From IMG/VR virus record IMGVR_UViG_3300005836_000029, positions 642 through 64,641 of that record: 64,000 nucleotides of DNA; one strand, given 5' to 3'. Shown piece after piece: positions 27,951 through 37,953 of the stretch. The DNA is from a virus. The notes under the pieces are model-generated. The model worked only from the letters and a program-made list of their open reading frames with translations. It did not search any database and had not been told where the DNA came from. Positions within the stretch are counted from its first letter, which is position 1, and each line of letters starts with the position of its first letter. Both the position numbers and the translations under genes were made by a program.

Positions 27951-28913
27951 ATGGCATTCACGTTTACGAAGAGTACTCCTGCAACCGGTGCCGTGGCCTG
28001 GTACGAATTCAAGGAGCAGCTCAAGTCCTCCGGCTGGACGGTCGAATCCTCGTCTGACGGGACGACCTACAACTCGTCCGGAGACCAAATCTCGAGCGGC
28101 AGCTCGGGAGCCAACGGATTCGCGAACACCAATGCTTGGGTTCGTTTGCGAAGCCCTGTCGGAGCAGGTGGGGCAGAGTTCGTCATCCAGCGTGGGACCG
28201 GCAACACCGTGTGGCGCCTGAAGTACAGCATGACCGCTGGTTTCACGGGAGGTTCGCCAGGAGCGACGCAAGTTCCTTCGGCCACGGATGAGGTTCTGCT
28301 CTGGGGGACAGGGACGGATGCCTCCCCGTCCTTCGGCACGTTGATGACCACCGACAACACCTATCGTTGGAATGTCGGGGCCGACGGGGCTGCTCCCTAC
28401 GGGTTCTGGGCCGGAGCCTTTCCGAACGGAGGAGGTAATCCCACGACGGGATTCGTCTACGACCCCCTCACGGCTACGGAGGCAACCGACGGCCATACCT
28501 ACGCCATCTATGTGTCTGGTAGCAGCCCGTTCGCCTCTAGTGGGGCTCTCAGCACGGAATCCTTCGGAGCGACCTCGAACTACCTCTGGTCCTCGGTTCC
28601 GAAGGTCTCGCCAACCGGATCGGACTGGACGTTCTTTTCAGCAATGTGCCTCTTCGTTCAAACTGGAGCTCAGCTCGTCATCCCCACGAACACCCCGGTG
28701 AATCCGATCACCTCGAACGACCAGATGTTCCCCATCGTTCTGGCACGCCGGTCGGCCCTCGCGACTCCAGGGTACAAGGGTGCCACAACCATCATGAGGT
28801 GGCAGTCTCCGGATCGGACTACGGGGGATACCCTTACGGTCTCGTCGACACGTGATCGAATCATCTACAGGAACGTCTCGCTCCCGTGGGATGGCTCGGT
28901 GCCGACCGTATGA
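27951..28913 (+). CDS. Putative virion structural / fibre protein (320 aa)
   Basis: SD-like ggtagga upstream. Gly/Ser/Thr/Trp-rich beta composition within the tail cluster. Confidence 0.55.
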   Translation: MAFTFTKSTPATGAVAWYEFKEQLKSSGWTVESSSDGTTYNSSGDQISSGSSGANGFANTNAWVRLRSPVGAGGAEFVIQRGTGNTVWRLKYSMTAGFTGGSPGATQVPSATDEVLLWGTGTDASPSFGTLMTTDNTYRWNVGADGAAPYGFWAGAFPNGGGNPTTGFVYDPLTATEATDGHTYAIYVSGSSPFASSGALSTESFGATSNYLWSSVPKVSPTGSDWTFFSAMCLFVQTGAQLVIPTNTPVNPITSNDQMFPIVLARRSALATPGYKGATTIMRWQSPDRTTGDTLTVSSTRDRIIYRNVSLPWDGSVPTV

Positions 28914-29200
28914 CGGACTTCAACGGCGACTTTCTCCTCTCTAGCCTTCCTGCGACACAGGGAACTCCGGACGCACATGGCGCCCAAGGAACCCAAATCT
29001 TCGCTGGGGAAGGCGGACTGGTGACGAAGTACTTCCGCATGCGAGGGGTCGACAATGGCACCTCGACCTACACAACGTGGACAGCAACTGGGTCTCCGGA
29101 CCCGAACGGAGCTCAAGCAACCGCAGGCAATACGACGCCGACCCTTGTGGGAACGATCGTCGCAGCAAGCGGAATCGTGCTATCTGCTTGGGAATCGTGA
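28910..29200 (+). CDS. Hypothetical small structural protein (96 aa, MTDFNGDF...)
   Basis: ATG overlaps the upstream stop (ATGA). Thr/Gly-rich. Confidence 0.55.
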   Translation: MTDFNGDFLLSSLPATQGTPDAHGAQGTQIFAGEGGLVTKYFRMRGVDNGTSTYTTWTATGSPDPNGAQATAGNTTPTLVGTIVAASGIVLSAWES

Positions 29201-29207
29201 GATGTAG

Positions 29208-32200
29208 ATGGGCTACGGACGAGGTGAATACGGACAGGCAGGATTTGGTGGCTCGTCGTTTGAAACTGGCGGCCCCGTCCTTGTCTCCTCGGACCCCCTA
29301 AACGGGGCGACAGGGGTCTCTCCGACCGCGACCGTCAGCTTCCATCTCCAGTCTCCAGCGGGGCTCGATGAATTCAGCCTCGACGTCAACATCGACGGGC
29401 TTCAGGCCATTGTCGGTGGCGTCTTCCGGCCTGGCTACTCTGGGACGATCGTCCAAGACCCTGAAACCGACATGGTTGTCACCATCTCGGGGCATCCTGG
29501 GATCGGCGGTGGCGCTACGCCAGTCGATATCTCGATCCTCGACTTGGCGGGCAATCCCGCGACCCCGAGTTTCAGCTTCACGACATCGGACCTCGTAACG
29601 TCTGCGCAGTCGATCCTCATCACAGAGGCCCTGTTTATCGGGAGTGACCATCCCATTCAGGTCACCGAGACCATCACCATTTCGACGGTGGTCTTGACGG
29701 GAGGTTTCCAGGCTTTTGTCCTCGACGGCTCGACCCTTGAGGTCATTCTGGGCCCTACGGAGGTCCATTTCGACCAGTTCTTCGATCTGGATCGGCATCG
29801 CCTTCGTCCTTTGCCGGAAGGTCATGGGGTCCCAGCAGCCATCCTGAGTGTGGACCCGACGTTCGATGTGTACCAATCGGGGTCCTCGATCTTCGCCCTC
29901 CCTCTCGAGGATGCCTTCGTCTCAGGGTATTCAGGAGGTCTAGGGAGCTTGGCTGAGGGCGTCTCCAACATCCTCGACCTCAACGATACGGCGACCATCG
30001 ACCCTTCAAGTGTCGGGGACTTCATCGAGATCGTCAACGGGGAGAACGTCGGGAGATACCAGATCATCGCGGTCGAGACCTCGTACCTCGGTCCTCTTCC
30101 CGACCGTCGACCCCGCATCTACGTCGACCGACTTCTCGTTCTGAAGGACGTCAACAACGGCCATGTGGATGGCCTGGCCACGATCGTGAGCTCTACGGCT
30201 ACGACGGTCACGTGCCAGATGGCTTCCCATCCGATGGTGACCCCCATGGATGGGCTTCAGGAGGTGGTTTTCGTCTTCAACGAGGCCACCGGGCAATCCA
30301 TCACCTTGAACGAGATCCTGTCGGCGTACACCCCGGTGACGATCGACGCCTACGACACTTTCACGGTGACAACCAATCCCTCCTACTTCGAGGGGACGGT
30401 TGGGGATACCTTGAGGGTGCGAGGGAGGATCGACCCGAAGGTCCAGTGGCGCCACACAAGCGGCATCAAGTCCTACACGTGCAAGACGACGAAGTTCACC
30501 CTCGGGGAGAGCTACTTCTACTCTGCTCGCTTGTTCTCGAAGGACTCCCACGGAGCCTACAACTTCGAGGTGTACTTCACGGCGGAACCTCCGCACGGTC
30601 ACGAGAACCGGCCCAGGCTCATTCAGGCGACCTTCTTGCCCGAGGATGGGACCGTGCTGGTCTTGTTCGACCAGCCCATGCGCATCGACGATGCCAACCT
30701 GGGCAACATCGAGGACTACACGATTTCCGGGCCGACGGCGGTTCAGGTCAAGAAAGTCCTTGCTGTCAACCCCACGACGATCGCCCTCATCACCTCGGGT
30801 CTTGGGTCGGGAGACTACATCCTGACGGTCTCGACGAGCACGCCGAAGGACATCGCTGGGAACCCCATCGACCCGCTTTTCAACGCGGTCATTTTCACAG
30901 CGGCTGAGCCGGAGACGACGAGGAGCATCTTCACGGACAAGGGTCCGATCGCGAAGCCTCCCCTCACGCTCCAGACGGGGACGGGAGCCAGCTTCCAGAC
31001 CTACAACGAGGTCACACTTCCCGGGTCTTCGTTGAACGCGAGCCACATCGGGCTGTACGTCAGGCTCAGTGGCGGGATCTTGAACGGAGGAACGTTCCGG
31101 ATCTCTTCGGTCCTTGCAGCGACACGTGCTCGGCTGGCGAACGCCAGCTTCACGCTTCCTGACCCCAACAGCGGAACCCTGGACTGGGAACTCTTCGATC
31201 CGAGGCATGGACAGATCGCGGACGACCCCTTGGATGTCGTTGTCCGTATCAACGGGTCCCCGGTTGTTCCGGAAGCCGTTGTCGGTCTACTTGGCCAGGT
31301 CGTCTTGGATGCGGCCCCCATCGAGACGGACGACGTGAAGGTCGACTACTCGTGGGTCTGCAACCCCACGGTCGAACTTCGCCGCCTGAACAGCAAGGAG
31401 TTCCGGCTCAATGCGTGGAACCGCGATGCCGGGTACATCCACGACAAGAGCCAGCACAAGTACCGGTACAACAACGTCCTCATTCGGCCCGACGACTATG
31501 ATCCGGTGGTCCCCAGCGCCATCCTCGACCAGCCGACGCTTCGGGAGCTTCACTACCGGGCCTACGAACGAGCGTACACGCCGGTCCTCAACGATCCGTC
31601 GTTGCTTCTCCTGAACAGCCCGATCCACCGAATCGCCTACCCGCCGTCTCAGCGAACTCTTTCCGAGGAATTCGTGGCCTACGAAGGCATCGGACTCCCT
31701 GAAAGCTTGACGACGGATCCTTGGGTTCGTCGCGGGTCTGGCACGGCGGTCTCTTCCTCCGGGCACTTGATCGTGACCGATGCCTCTCCGGGACCCTATC
31801 CGGCCGGGCAGCCGATCTTCTGGACCCGTCCGATCGATCTGACCTTCCCGCATGTCTTCGCGCTCTCGTGGAGGTTCATGCTGGACTCTACGGTGCCCGA
31901 CGGGATCTTCACGGGAATCGCCGCTGGGTTCTCCGACGAGAAGGTCGTGCTCGTTGTCGGATACCTGGACGACGGGGGTACCAAGAAGATCGGCTTCCTG
32001 AAGCGTGGGTACGGGGACAACCCGTCCTCTCTGGCTGCCTGGACTGGGGGCATCGACCTGTCCGATGTCCCCACGGGACTGCCGGCTGAGATCGACTGGG
32101 ACATCCTGCATAGCTACCGGGTCTTCCAGGACATGACCGGTACCATCAAGGTCTTCATCGACGGGGACATCGTTGAGCTCCTGAGGATCACGCCCGATGA

Positions 32201-34817
32201 GCTGCCCTACCTGGAAGAACTGCAAGGTCCCTTCGATCAGATCCAGGGAGCCTTCTTCGGCTCCCTGAGCCGGCCAGCCCAGAACAGCTCGACCTGGGAC
32301 TTCGTGCGGTACCTCATTCAGCCGACGAGTCCGGTGCAGTCCTCTGCGTCCAGCTTCGCAAGCTACGAGGCTAGTGTCCCTCCGGAGCAAGATGCGAAAC
32401 CTTGGACACCGGTTGGCTTCCACGGAACGGAGACCATCCAGTCGTCGGACCTTTTGCTCCTCGATTCCACGAGTGCGACCGATGCGACGACGGCATCCGC
32501 CGTGGGCTTGGTCGGGGGAGATTACAAGGGTTTCGTCCGCTTCGAGCCCCTCCTCACGAGCGTGAGCGAATTCGTTTTCGACGTCCAGGTTCAACTCCTG
32601 ACGTTCACTCACGGGGTCTCGCAGTACGGCCTTACCTTCGCCGTGGATGATGGTAACCGCCTCATGCAGGTCGCCTTCATCACGGACCTCATTGGACCCC
32701 TTGGTCTGATTGCTCGTTTCAGCTACGGCGGCCGATCCCTCCCTGAGAACTTCGCCCCGTTCTACTGGCAGACGGTGGGAACGCAGACCGAAGAGATGGT
32801 AGGGCGGTACCTCCGCATCACGGACAGTTCCCTGGCGGATGGTCGTGTTTACTTCCTCGACGACACGAGTCCCGTCAACCAACTCGGTCGAGTCGTCAGC
32901 TACCTCTACGACTACATCTTCGAGTTCCGTTGCCGAGTGTTGTCCTACACGGTCGATGGCGTGGGCTTCGCCGGGGTGTTCATGCAAGCGTACGACTCAG
33001 CTCGTACCGTGGGAGTCCTCTTCGAGGATATCGCAGGCACCCGCTACGTGACCTTCCACTCGGATGGAACGACACTGGGACCCCTTGCGCAGTTTGCCTT
33101 CGACTGGGGGGACGGGAATTTCCACACGTACCGGGCTGTCAAGAGCACCACGGGCGATCTCATCTCGCTCTTCATCGACGGGACGTTCATCGGGTCGTTC
33201 CCCTACAGCTCCTTCCTGGCTCCAGCACCTGACCCCATCGGGCAGGTCAGCTTCGGATCTTCGACGCCGGCTAGCTCGAGTGCCATGTCGGTGGTCGAGT
33301 GGGCTTACGCCAATGCCTGGCGTGTTCGGACGGGCGAGTACAAGCGCTTCGTGGGCCTCTGGAAAGGCGTCGGCGGAGACAGCTTCCTCGACTACCACCT
33401 GCCCCTGAAGACTTCAGGAAGGAACGCCAGCGCCGTCGGAAATGCCCTCGGGGACGCCAACGCCAGCTTCCTCGCCGATGGGGTCGTGGCTGGGGACTAC
33501 ATCGTGATCGATGCCGGAGCGAATGCGGGGGTCTACCCCATCGCCTCCGTAGGGTCTCCGACGGCCCTCACCCTCGGAAGTCCTTGGCCGGAGCAGCCCA
33601 CCACGGTCGACTACCGCATCCTGAAGGAAACTGACTGGAGCGTGATGCACAAGTACCGGCTCCACCGGACCGCTACGGGGGAAGTTGCTCTGCTCCTGGA
33701 TACCGACACGACCCCCTTGTTCGAGGTTGGCTACAACTCGCTCGACCTCCCGGAAAGTGGCGTCGGTATCATCCGGACGCTCGCTGACGGCTTGCCCGCA
33801 TTCGCCTTCGGATCGTTCGATCCAGAGAACCTCGAGCAATCCTTGTGGGACTTCGTGCGCTACGGCATGACCACGAGCGTGACCAACCTCCGGATCGCTC
33901 CTCATCACCAGGTCATCAACCAGTGGAACGTGATGGAGTCCCCGGAAAGGCTCTTCACGCTTCTTCCCCACGAACTCACGGACTACAAGAGCAGCTCGAC
34001 GGGACATGTTCCCAAGAAGGACCCCGACTTCTTGGAGGACCCCGGCCTCACGGCCTTCACCCTGCTCAATCAGAGCACGCCGCTCTACCCCCGGACCCAG
34101 ACCTTCGAGGTTCGGGCGCCCTACCCGGTGCAAGAGTTCATCGCCTCCCTGAACCAGCCCCAGGACGTCCTGAACAACGACGGGAACTTCACGACGAACG
34201 ACGGGACCGTCCAATACCGCCTCGTCGTACCCGACGACGTGCTCTACAGCTCTCTCGACGTGATCGAGCAGACGACGGGGACGGACGAACTCCTGGCGCC
34301 CTTCGATGACGAATGCCAGCCGAACTTTGGAGGCGTCCAGTACCAGAAAGAGGTCTGCCTCACCTACGACGGCTCGGTCCTTCCCGAAAACGACACCACG
34401 GCCCCGACTCCTTGGCAGCTCGTGAGCGATACCCCGGGCAGCGTCATGACCTCGGTGTCGGCGGGGATCCTGACCTACTCCACGTTCGGCTCGAAGACGG
34501 TCTACCGGAACAACACGCCCTTGCCGGATCACCCGAGCCTCATCAACGAGGTCCGGTTCAAGCTCAAGCTCACGAACGATGCGTCCGGAGGCACAGGGCC
34601 GACGCAGGTCATGTTCGGCTTCTCGGCTCCGGGGATGACCGCAGCTCTGACCTTCGTGACGACGCCCCTTGGCGAGAGGCTTGTGCTCATCCTCGACCTG
34701 AACAACGGCAACGTCTTGGGTTCAGCCTCCTTCGATTTCAACGACGGGAACTTCCACACCTACCGGATCGTTCGGGACCCTGGGCTGGCCGTCGTTCAGG
34801 TATTCATTGACTCCTAG
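29208..34817 (+). CDS. Very large (1869 aa) tail/baseplate appendage protein with Ig-like domains and four lectin-like (ConA/LamG-like) repeats
   Basis: VLVSSDPLNGATGVSPTATVSF and VLVLFDQPM...YTISG are bacterial Ig-like patterns. Four repeats begin (F/Y)xGxxLPE...PW and end DWxxxHxYRV/I...FIDG. Confidence 0.65.
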   Translation: MGYGRGEYGQAGFGGSSFETGGPVLVSSDPLNGATGVSPTATVSFHLQSPAGLDEFSLDVNIDGLQAIVGGVFRPGYSGTIVQDPETDMVVTISGHPGIGGGATPVDISILDLAGNPATPSFSFTTSDLVTSAQSILITEALFIGSDHPIQVTETITISTVVLTGGFQAFVLDGSTLEVILGPTEVHFDQFFDLDRHRLRPLPEGHGVPAAILSVDPTFDVYQSGSSIFALPLEDAFVSGYSGGLGSLAEGVSNILDLNDTATIDPSSVGDFIEIVNGENVGRYQIIAVETSYLGPLPDRRPRIYVDRLLVLKDVNNGHVDGLATIVSSTATTVTCQMASHPMVTPMDGLQEVVFVFNEATGQSITLNEILSAYTPVTIDAYDTFTVTTNPSYFEGTVGDTLRVRGRIDPKVQWRHTSGIKSYTCKTTKFTLGESYFYSARLFSKDSHGAYNFEVYFTAEPPHGHENRPRLIQATFLPEDGTVLVLFDQPMRIDDANLGNIEDYTISGPTAVQVKKVLAVNPTTIALITSGLGSGDYILTVSTSTPKDIAGNPIDPLFNAVIFTAAEPETTRSIFTDKGPIAKPPLTLQTGTGASFQTYNEVTLPGSSLNASHIGLYVRLSGGILNGGTFRISSVLAATRARLANASFTLPDPNSGTLDWELFDPRHGQIADDPLDVVVRINGSPVVPEAVVGLLGQVVLDAAPIETDDVKVDYSWVCNPTVELRRLNSKEFRLNAWNRDAGYIHDKSQHKYRYNNVLIRPDDYDPVVPSAILDQPTLRELHYRAYERAYTPVLNDPSLLLLNSPIHRIAYPPSQRTLSEEFVAYEGIGLPESLTTDPWVRRGSGTAVSSSGHLIVTDASPGPYPAGQPIFWTRPIDLTFPHVFALSWRFMLDSTVPDGIFTGIAAGFSDEKVVLVVGYLDDGGTKKIGFLKRGYGDNPSSLAAWTGGIDLSDVPTGLPAEIDWDILHSYRVFQDMTGTIKVFIDGDIVELLRITPDELPYLEELQGPFDQIQGAFFGSLSRPAQNSSTWDFVRYLIQPTSPVQSSASSFASYEASVPPEQDAKPWTPVGFHGTETIQSSDLLLLDSTSATDATTASAVGLVGGDYKGFVRFEPLLTSVSEFVFDVQVQLLTFTHGVSQYGLTFAVDDGNRLMQVAFITDLIGPLGLIARFSYGGRSLPENFAPFYWQTVGTQTEEMVGRYLRITDSSLADGRVYFLDDTSPVNQLGRVVSYLYDYIFEFRCRVLSYTVDGVGFAGVFMQAYDSARTVGVLFEDIAGTRYVTFHSDGTTLGPLAQFAFDWGDGNFHTYRAVKSTTGDLISLFIDGTFIGSFPYSSFLAPAPDPIGQVSFGSSTPASSSAMSVVEWAYANAWRVRTGEYKRFVGLWKGVGGDSFLDYHLPLKTSGRNASAVGNALGDANASFLADGVVAGDYIVIDAGANAGVYPIASVGSPTALTLGSPWPEQPTTVDYRILKETDWSVMHKYRLHRTATGEVALLLDTDTTPLFEVGYNSLDLPESGVGIIRTLADGLPAFAFGSFDPENLEQSLWDFVRYGMTTSVTNLRIAPHHQVINQWNVMESPERLFTLLPHELTDYKSSSTGHVPKKDPDFLEDPGLTAFTLLNQSTPLYPRTQTFEVRAPYPVQEFIASLNQPQDVLNNDGNFTTNDGTVQYRLVVPDDVLYSSLDVIEQTTGTDELLAPFDDECQPNFGGVQYQKEVCLTYDGSVLPENDTTAPTPWQLVSDTPGSVMTSVSAGILTYSTFGSKTVYRNNTPLPDHPSLINEVRFKLKLTNDASGGTGPTQVMFGFSAPGMTAALTFVTTPLGERLVLILDLNNGNVLGSASFDFNDGNFHTYRIVRDPGLAVVQVFIDS

Positions 34818-34826
34818 AGGTAAGCG

Positions 34827-35987
34827 ATGCCTGCCGTCACTGCGCTCATCCAATTTGGCCAAGGTCTCCTCGGTACTGCCGGAGAGGCATACGAAGGGGA
34901 TCTGGTCAGCGGTACGGTCAATGTCCAGAACGATGACAACACCAACATCGCCTCTTGGCGCTTCACGCTGTTGGATGTGCCCCCGGATAGCGCCCTGGCT
35001 ACTGGAGTCCTCGCTTCAGCCGATGACAACACGCCTACGACAAGTTTTGTCCCCGATGTCTTCGGGTCTTACCGTGTCATGCTGGAGGTATTCGACACGG
35101 CGGGTCTCGTCGGTACGACCGATAAGGACATCCGCAACTTTGGGGTCCGGAATGCGAGGGGCATCATCATCCCTTCGTACCAGAAGCTTCCGGATCCACT
35201 TCCTGTGCAAGGGTCTGGTCTCCCTGGCCAGAAGCCCGATGAACAGAACTACGCGGGGCAAACGAGGGGTTGGACTGGCGATCGAACGGATGGCCAGATG
35301 GAGGAGTTCTTCCTCACCTACGACGACCTGAAGATCAAGACGGTCTCGTCTACGCCCTTCACGGCGGCGGCTTCCGGAGAAGAGCCCCTCTACCGGGTCA
35401 CTGTTGCTGGCGCTTCGGTATTCAACCTGCCGTCTGGCGCTCGTGTCGGTCAGCAGTTCAGGGTCATGCCAGCAGGAGGCGCCGCCACCATCACCGTGAA
35501 CCCTCCTGGGGGCCACTCCATCGAGGGCGCCTCCTCGATGGACTTGCTCACGGGTGCATCGGCTACGTTCGTCTATCTTGGGGGTACCTCCTGGACGCTC
35601 CTGGGGCTCAAGCAACTCGTAAATGACCTCGTGATTGCTGCGGGTATCTTCAGTACAGACCAGACTGGATTTCAGACGATCGGGGCGATTCAGATCGATA
35701 GCGCGAGCTTCCCGAATACTGAGGGAGTCACGTGGAGGGCCATCATCGAGACCACGAACGCCACGGACTCTGCCGAGATCCGCCTCTTCAACGTGACGAC
35801 TTCTTCGGTCGTAGCTTCGTCTACTTTCAGCACGACGAGCCTCACGCCTGTCCAAGTTGGGGGAAGTATCAGCCTAACCTCAGGTGTGAACCTCTACGAG
35901 GCTCAACTCCGTCTGACTGGCACAGGATCTCCGGATCAGGCGACCTGCAAGAATGCCAGGTTGACCGTCAACTGGTTCCAACCGTGA
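34827..35987 (+). CDS. Virion structural / fibre-associated protein, paralogue of 26755..27942
   Basis: Shared N-terminal WxFTLLDVPPDS / WLWEVIAFPAPDA segment and shared C-terminal beta-sandwich ending QATCKNARLTVNW. Confidence 0.6.
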   Translation: MPAVTALIQFGQGLLGTAGEAYEGDLVSGTVNVQNDDNTNIASWRFTLLDVPPDSALATGVLASADDNTPTTSFVPDVFGSYRVMLEVFDTAGLVGTTDKDIRNFGVRNARGIIIPSYQKLPDPLPVQGSGLPGQKPDEQNYAGQTRGWTGDRTDGQMEEFFLTYDDLKIKTVSSTPFTAAASGEEPLYRVTVAGASVFNLPSGARVGQQFRVMPAGGAATITVNPPGGHSIEGASSMDLLTGASATFVYLGGTSWTLLGLKQLVNDLVIAAGIFSTDQTGFQTIGAIQIDSASFPNTEGVTWRAIIETTNATDSAEIRLFNVTTSSVVASSTFSTTSLTPVQVGGSISLTSGVNLYEAQLRLTGTGSPDQATCKNARLTVNWFQP

Positions 35988-35998
35988 GGAGCGTGTAA

Positions 35999-37240
35999 GT
36001 GTCCGGCGGCTTCGGCGGCGGTTCTTGGGGCGGTGGTGCCTTCGGCGGAAGTTCTGCCGGGGGTCCGGCTCCGTTCACGGGAACCGAGACCGTCACCTTC
36101 AGCGAGTCTCTGACCGTCGACCTGCCCCTTCTGCTCGTCGGAGCGGTCGCCCTCAGCCCGACACTGGTCCTGGTCACATTTTCGCATGACATCGACCCCC
36201 TATTCTCGACGAACTTCAACGCGTCGAACTACAACATCTCGCCGCCCCTGGCGGTCGTAGGAGTCGTTCCGAGTCCTTCTCCGAATGCCGTTTTTGTCAG
36301 CACAGCTCCCCAAGACAACTTTGGGTATCTGCTGACGGTCACGACGGCGAAGGCGGCCACGGGGGACTTCCTCGAACCTCCCAACCAGATTGCGGGGTTT
36401 GTAGGATTCCCGGTCATCCCGAACTTCTTCGCGACGGGTCAGGCGAAGCGGAAGGTCGTCCTGATCTTCTCCACGAACATGCTGATCAACGCAGCTCTCG
36501 TGGACGCGGCAAGCTACACGATTACGGACCTGAACGGAGGCGCCATCCCCGTTTCCTCGGTGGATGTCGTTCCCGATGGCTCTCGAGTGACGCTCAACCT
36601 CGGAGCTGATCTTACGCCTGGCGGGTACTACAGCGTCCAGGTCGATGCGGCGGTCGTGAGCTCCCTTGGGGGGTACTCGCTCAACCCGAATACCGACCTC
36701 TTCCAGTGGGCAGCGATGGAGGGCATCCTCCTCAGGGGGCCCCTCACCATCCCCTTTTCTCGGTTCAGCGGGGAGGTCACGACGGGGCTGTTGGGGCAGC
36801 CTGCGGGTCAGGTATTTTTCAGTCCGGCGCTTCTTCAGCCAGCCTCGCCGTCGATCATCGAGATCGACGAGGTGGCGTTGTGCACCAAGAGCTACGACTC
36901 GTACGAATTTCCGCAGCTTGTTGACCCCCCGCCCCTGTACACGTTCAGGCCAGGAGCTCCTTCGACGGTCCTGGGAGGGACTTCTTCCCTCTGGGCGCCG
37001 GCAGAACGGCTGGGCCTGGCACGGGTCAATCTCACGGACAGCCACACGGACACCCTGCCGACGGCTACGGATGGTCCCTGCGATGCGACCTTGGTCGAGC
37101 CGATCGACATCACCCGGGCCGGATTCTTGAACGATGCCCGCTGGCACCTGTACGACGGGACCGCCACGACCTTCATCGCGGCGGACAACCTGACCCCGAT
37201 CGGACCCGGGCCTACGGTGAACATCAATCTCGAGCCGTAG
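35999..37240 (+). CDS. Virion structural protein with two Ig-like domains; related to the N-terminus of 29208..34817
   Basis: N-terminal GGFGGGSWGGGAFGG (cf. GYGRGEYGQAGFGG). VLVTFSHDID...NYNISP and VVLIFSTNML...SYTITD are Ig-like patterns. Confidence 0.6.
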   Translation: MSGGFGGGSWGGGAFGGSSAGGPAPFTGTETVTFSESLTVDLPLLLVGAVALSPTLVLVTFSHDIDPLFSTNFNASNYNISPPLAVVGVVPSPSPNAVFVSTAPQDNFGYLLTVTTAKAATGDFLEPPNQIAGFVGFPVIPNFFATGQAKRKVVLIFSTNMLINAALVDAASYTITDLNGGAIPVSSVDVVPDGSRVTLNLGADLTPGGYYSVQVDAAVVSSLGGYSLNPNTDLFQWAAMEGILLRGPLTIPFSRFSGEVTTGLLGQPAGQVFFSPALLQPASPSIIEIDEVALCTKSYDSYEFPQLVDPPPLYTFRPGAPSTVLGGTSSLWAPAERLGLARVNLTDSHTDTLPTATDGPCDATLVEPIDITRAGFLNDARWHLYDGTATTFIAADNLTPIGPGPTVNINLEP

Positions 37241-37248
37241 TCCTGGCA

Positions 37249-37260
37249 GTTTCTCTTATG
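37249..37260 (+). promoter_or_regulatory. Candidate late-promoter-like motif gtttctcttat(g)
   Basis: Identical 11-mer gtttctcttat at 49015..49025. Both are intergenic, about 27-33 nt upstream of a start codon. Confidence 0.4.
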
Positions 37261-37286
37261 CGGCCCCTCCTCTGAACCCAGAGGAG

Positions 37287-37943
37287 ATGAACATGAAGCA
37301 AAGGGAGCGACTGCCGTCGCCCTCATCCGCCCTTTCGGTGGCCTTCGCCTGCCGCCCCGCCGACAAGTTCGACGAGAAGGGCTACTACATCCGAGGCGAC
37401 GTCTTCATCCGCCTCCGAGACGCCAAGACCAAGCAGGTCCACGAGGAGCATGAGCTCCGGAACTTGGTGGTCCTCGACGCCAGCATCCTGATCGCTCGGC
37501 TGATGAAGGACAACGCCGAGCCTCCGAAGGGCATTTTTGCTCTTGCGGTCGGAACGGGAGACACGGGCTGGGACCTGATGAGCCCGCCAGCCCCGACGAA
37601 CACGCAGCGGGCCCTCTACTCCGAGATCACTCGGAAGACGTTCTCGAACACGCAGTTCATCGACAGTCTGAGTGTGCCAGTCGCCTACCCGACGAAGGTC
37701 GTGGACTTCACGACGGTTTACACGGAGTCCGAAGCCGTCGGACCCCTTGTCGAGATGGGTCTCATCGGGGGGAACATCTCCACGAACCTTTCGATCACCA
37801 ACCCGGTGAGCCCTCCGAACGGAATCTACGACCCCACGGTCGACCTCACGATGTTCGAGACGCTGGTCAACTACCTGACCTTCCCAGTGATCAACAAGCC
37901 CGCAACTTCCACGATGGAAATCGTGTGGCGGTTGACGTTCTGA
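37287..37943 (+). CDS. Tail-collar / fibre-attachment domain protein (start may be ATG 37293)
   Basis: RNLVVLDASILIARLM...FALAVGTGD...ALYSEITRK...VVDFTTVYTESEAVGPLVEMGL...YLTFPVINK...IVWRLTF. SD gaggag at 37281..37286. Confidence 0.65.
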   Translation: MNMKQRERLPSPSSALSVAFACRPADKFDEKGYYIRGDVFIRLRDAKTKQVHEEHELRNLVVLDASILIARLMKDNAEPPKGIFALAVGTGDTGWDLMSPPAPTNTQRALYSEITRKTFSNTQFIDSLSVPVAYPTKVVDFTTVYTESEAVGPLVEMGLIGGNISTNLSITNPVSPPNGIYDPTVDLTMFETLVNYLTFPVINKPATSTMEIVWRLTF

Positions 37944-37953
37944 GGGACGCGGT

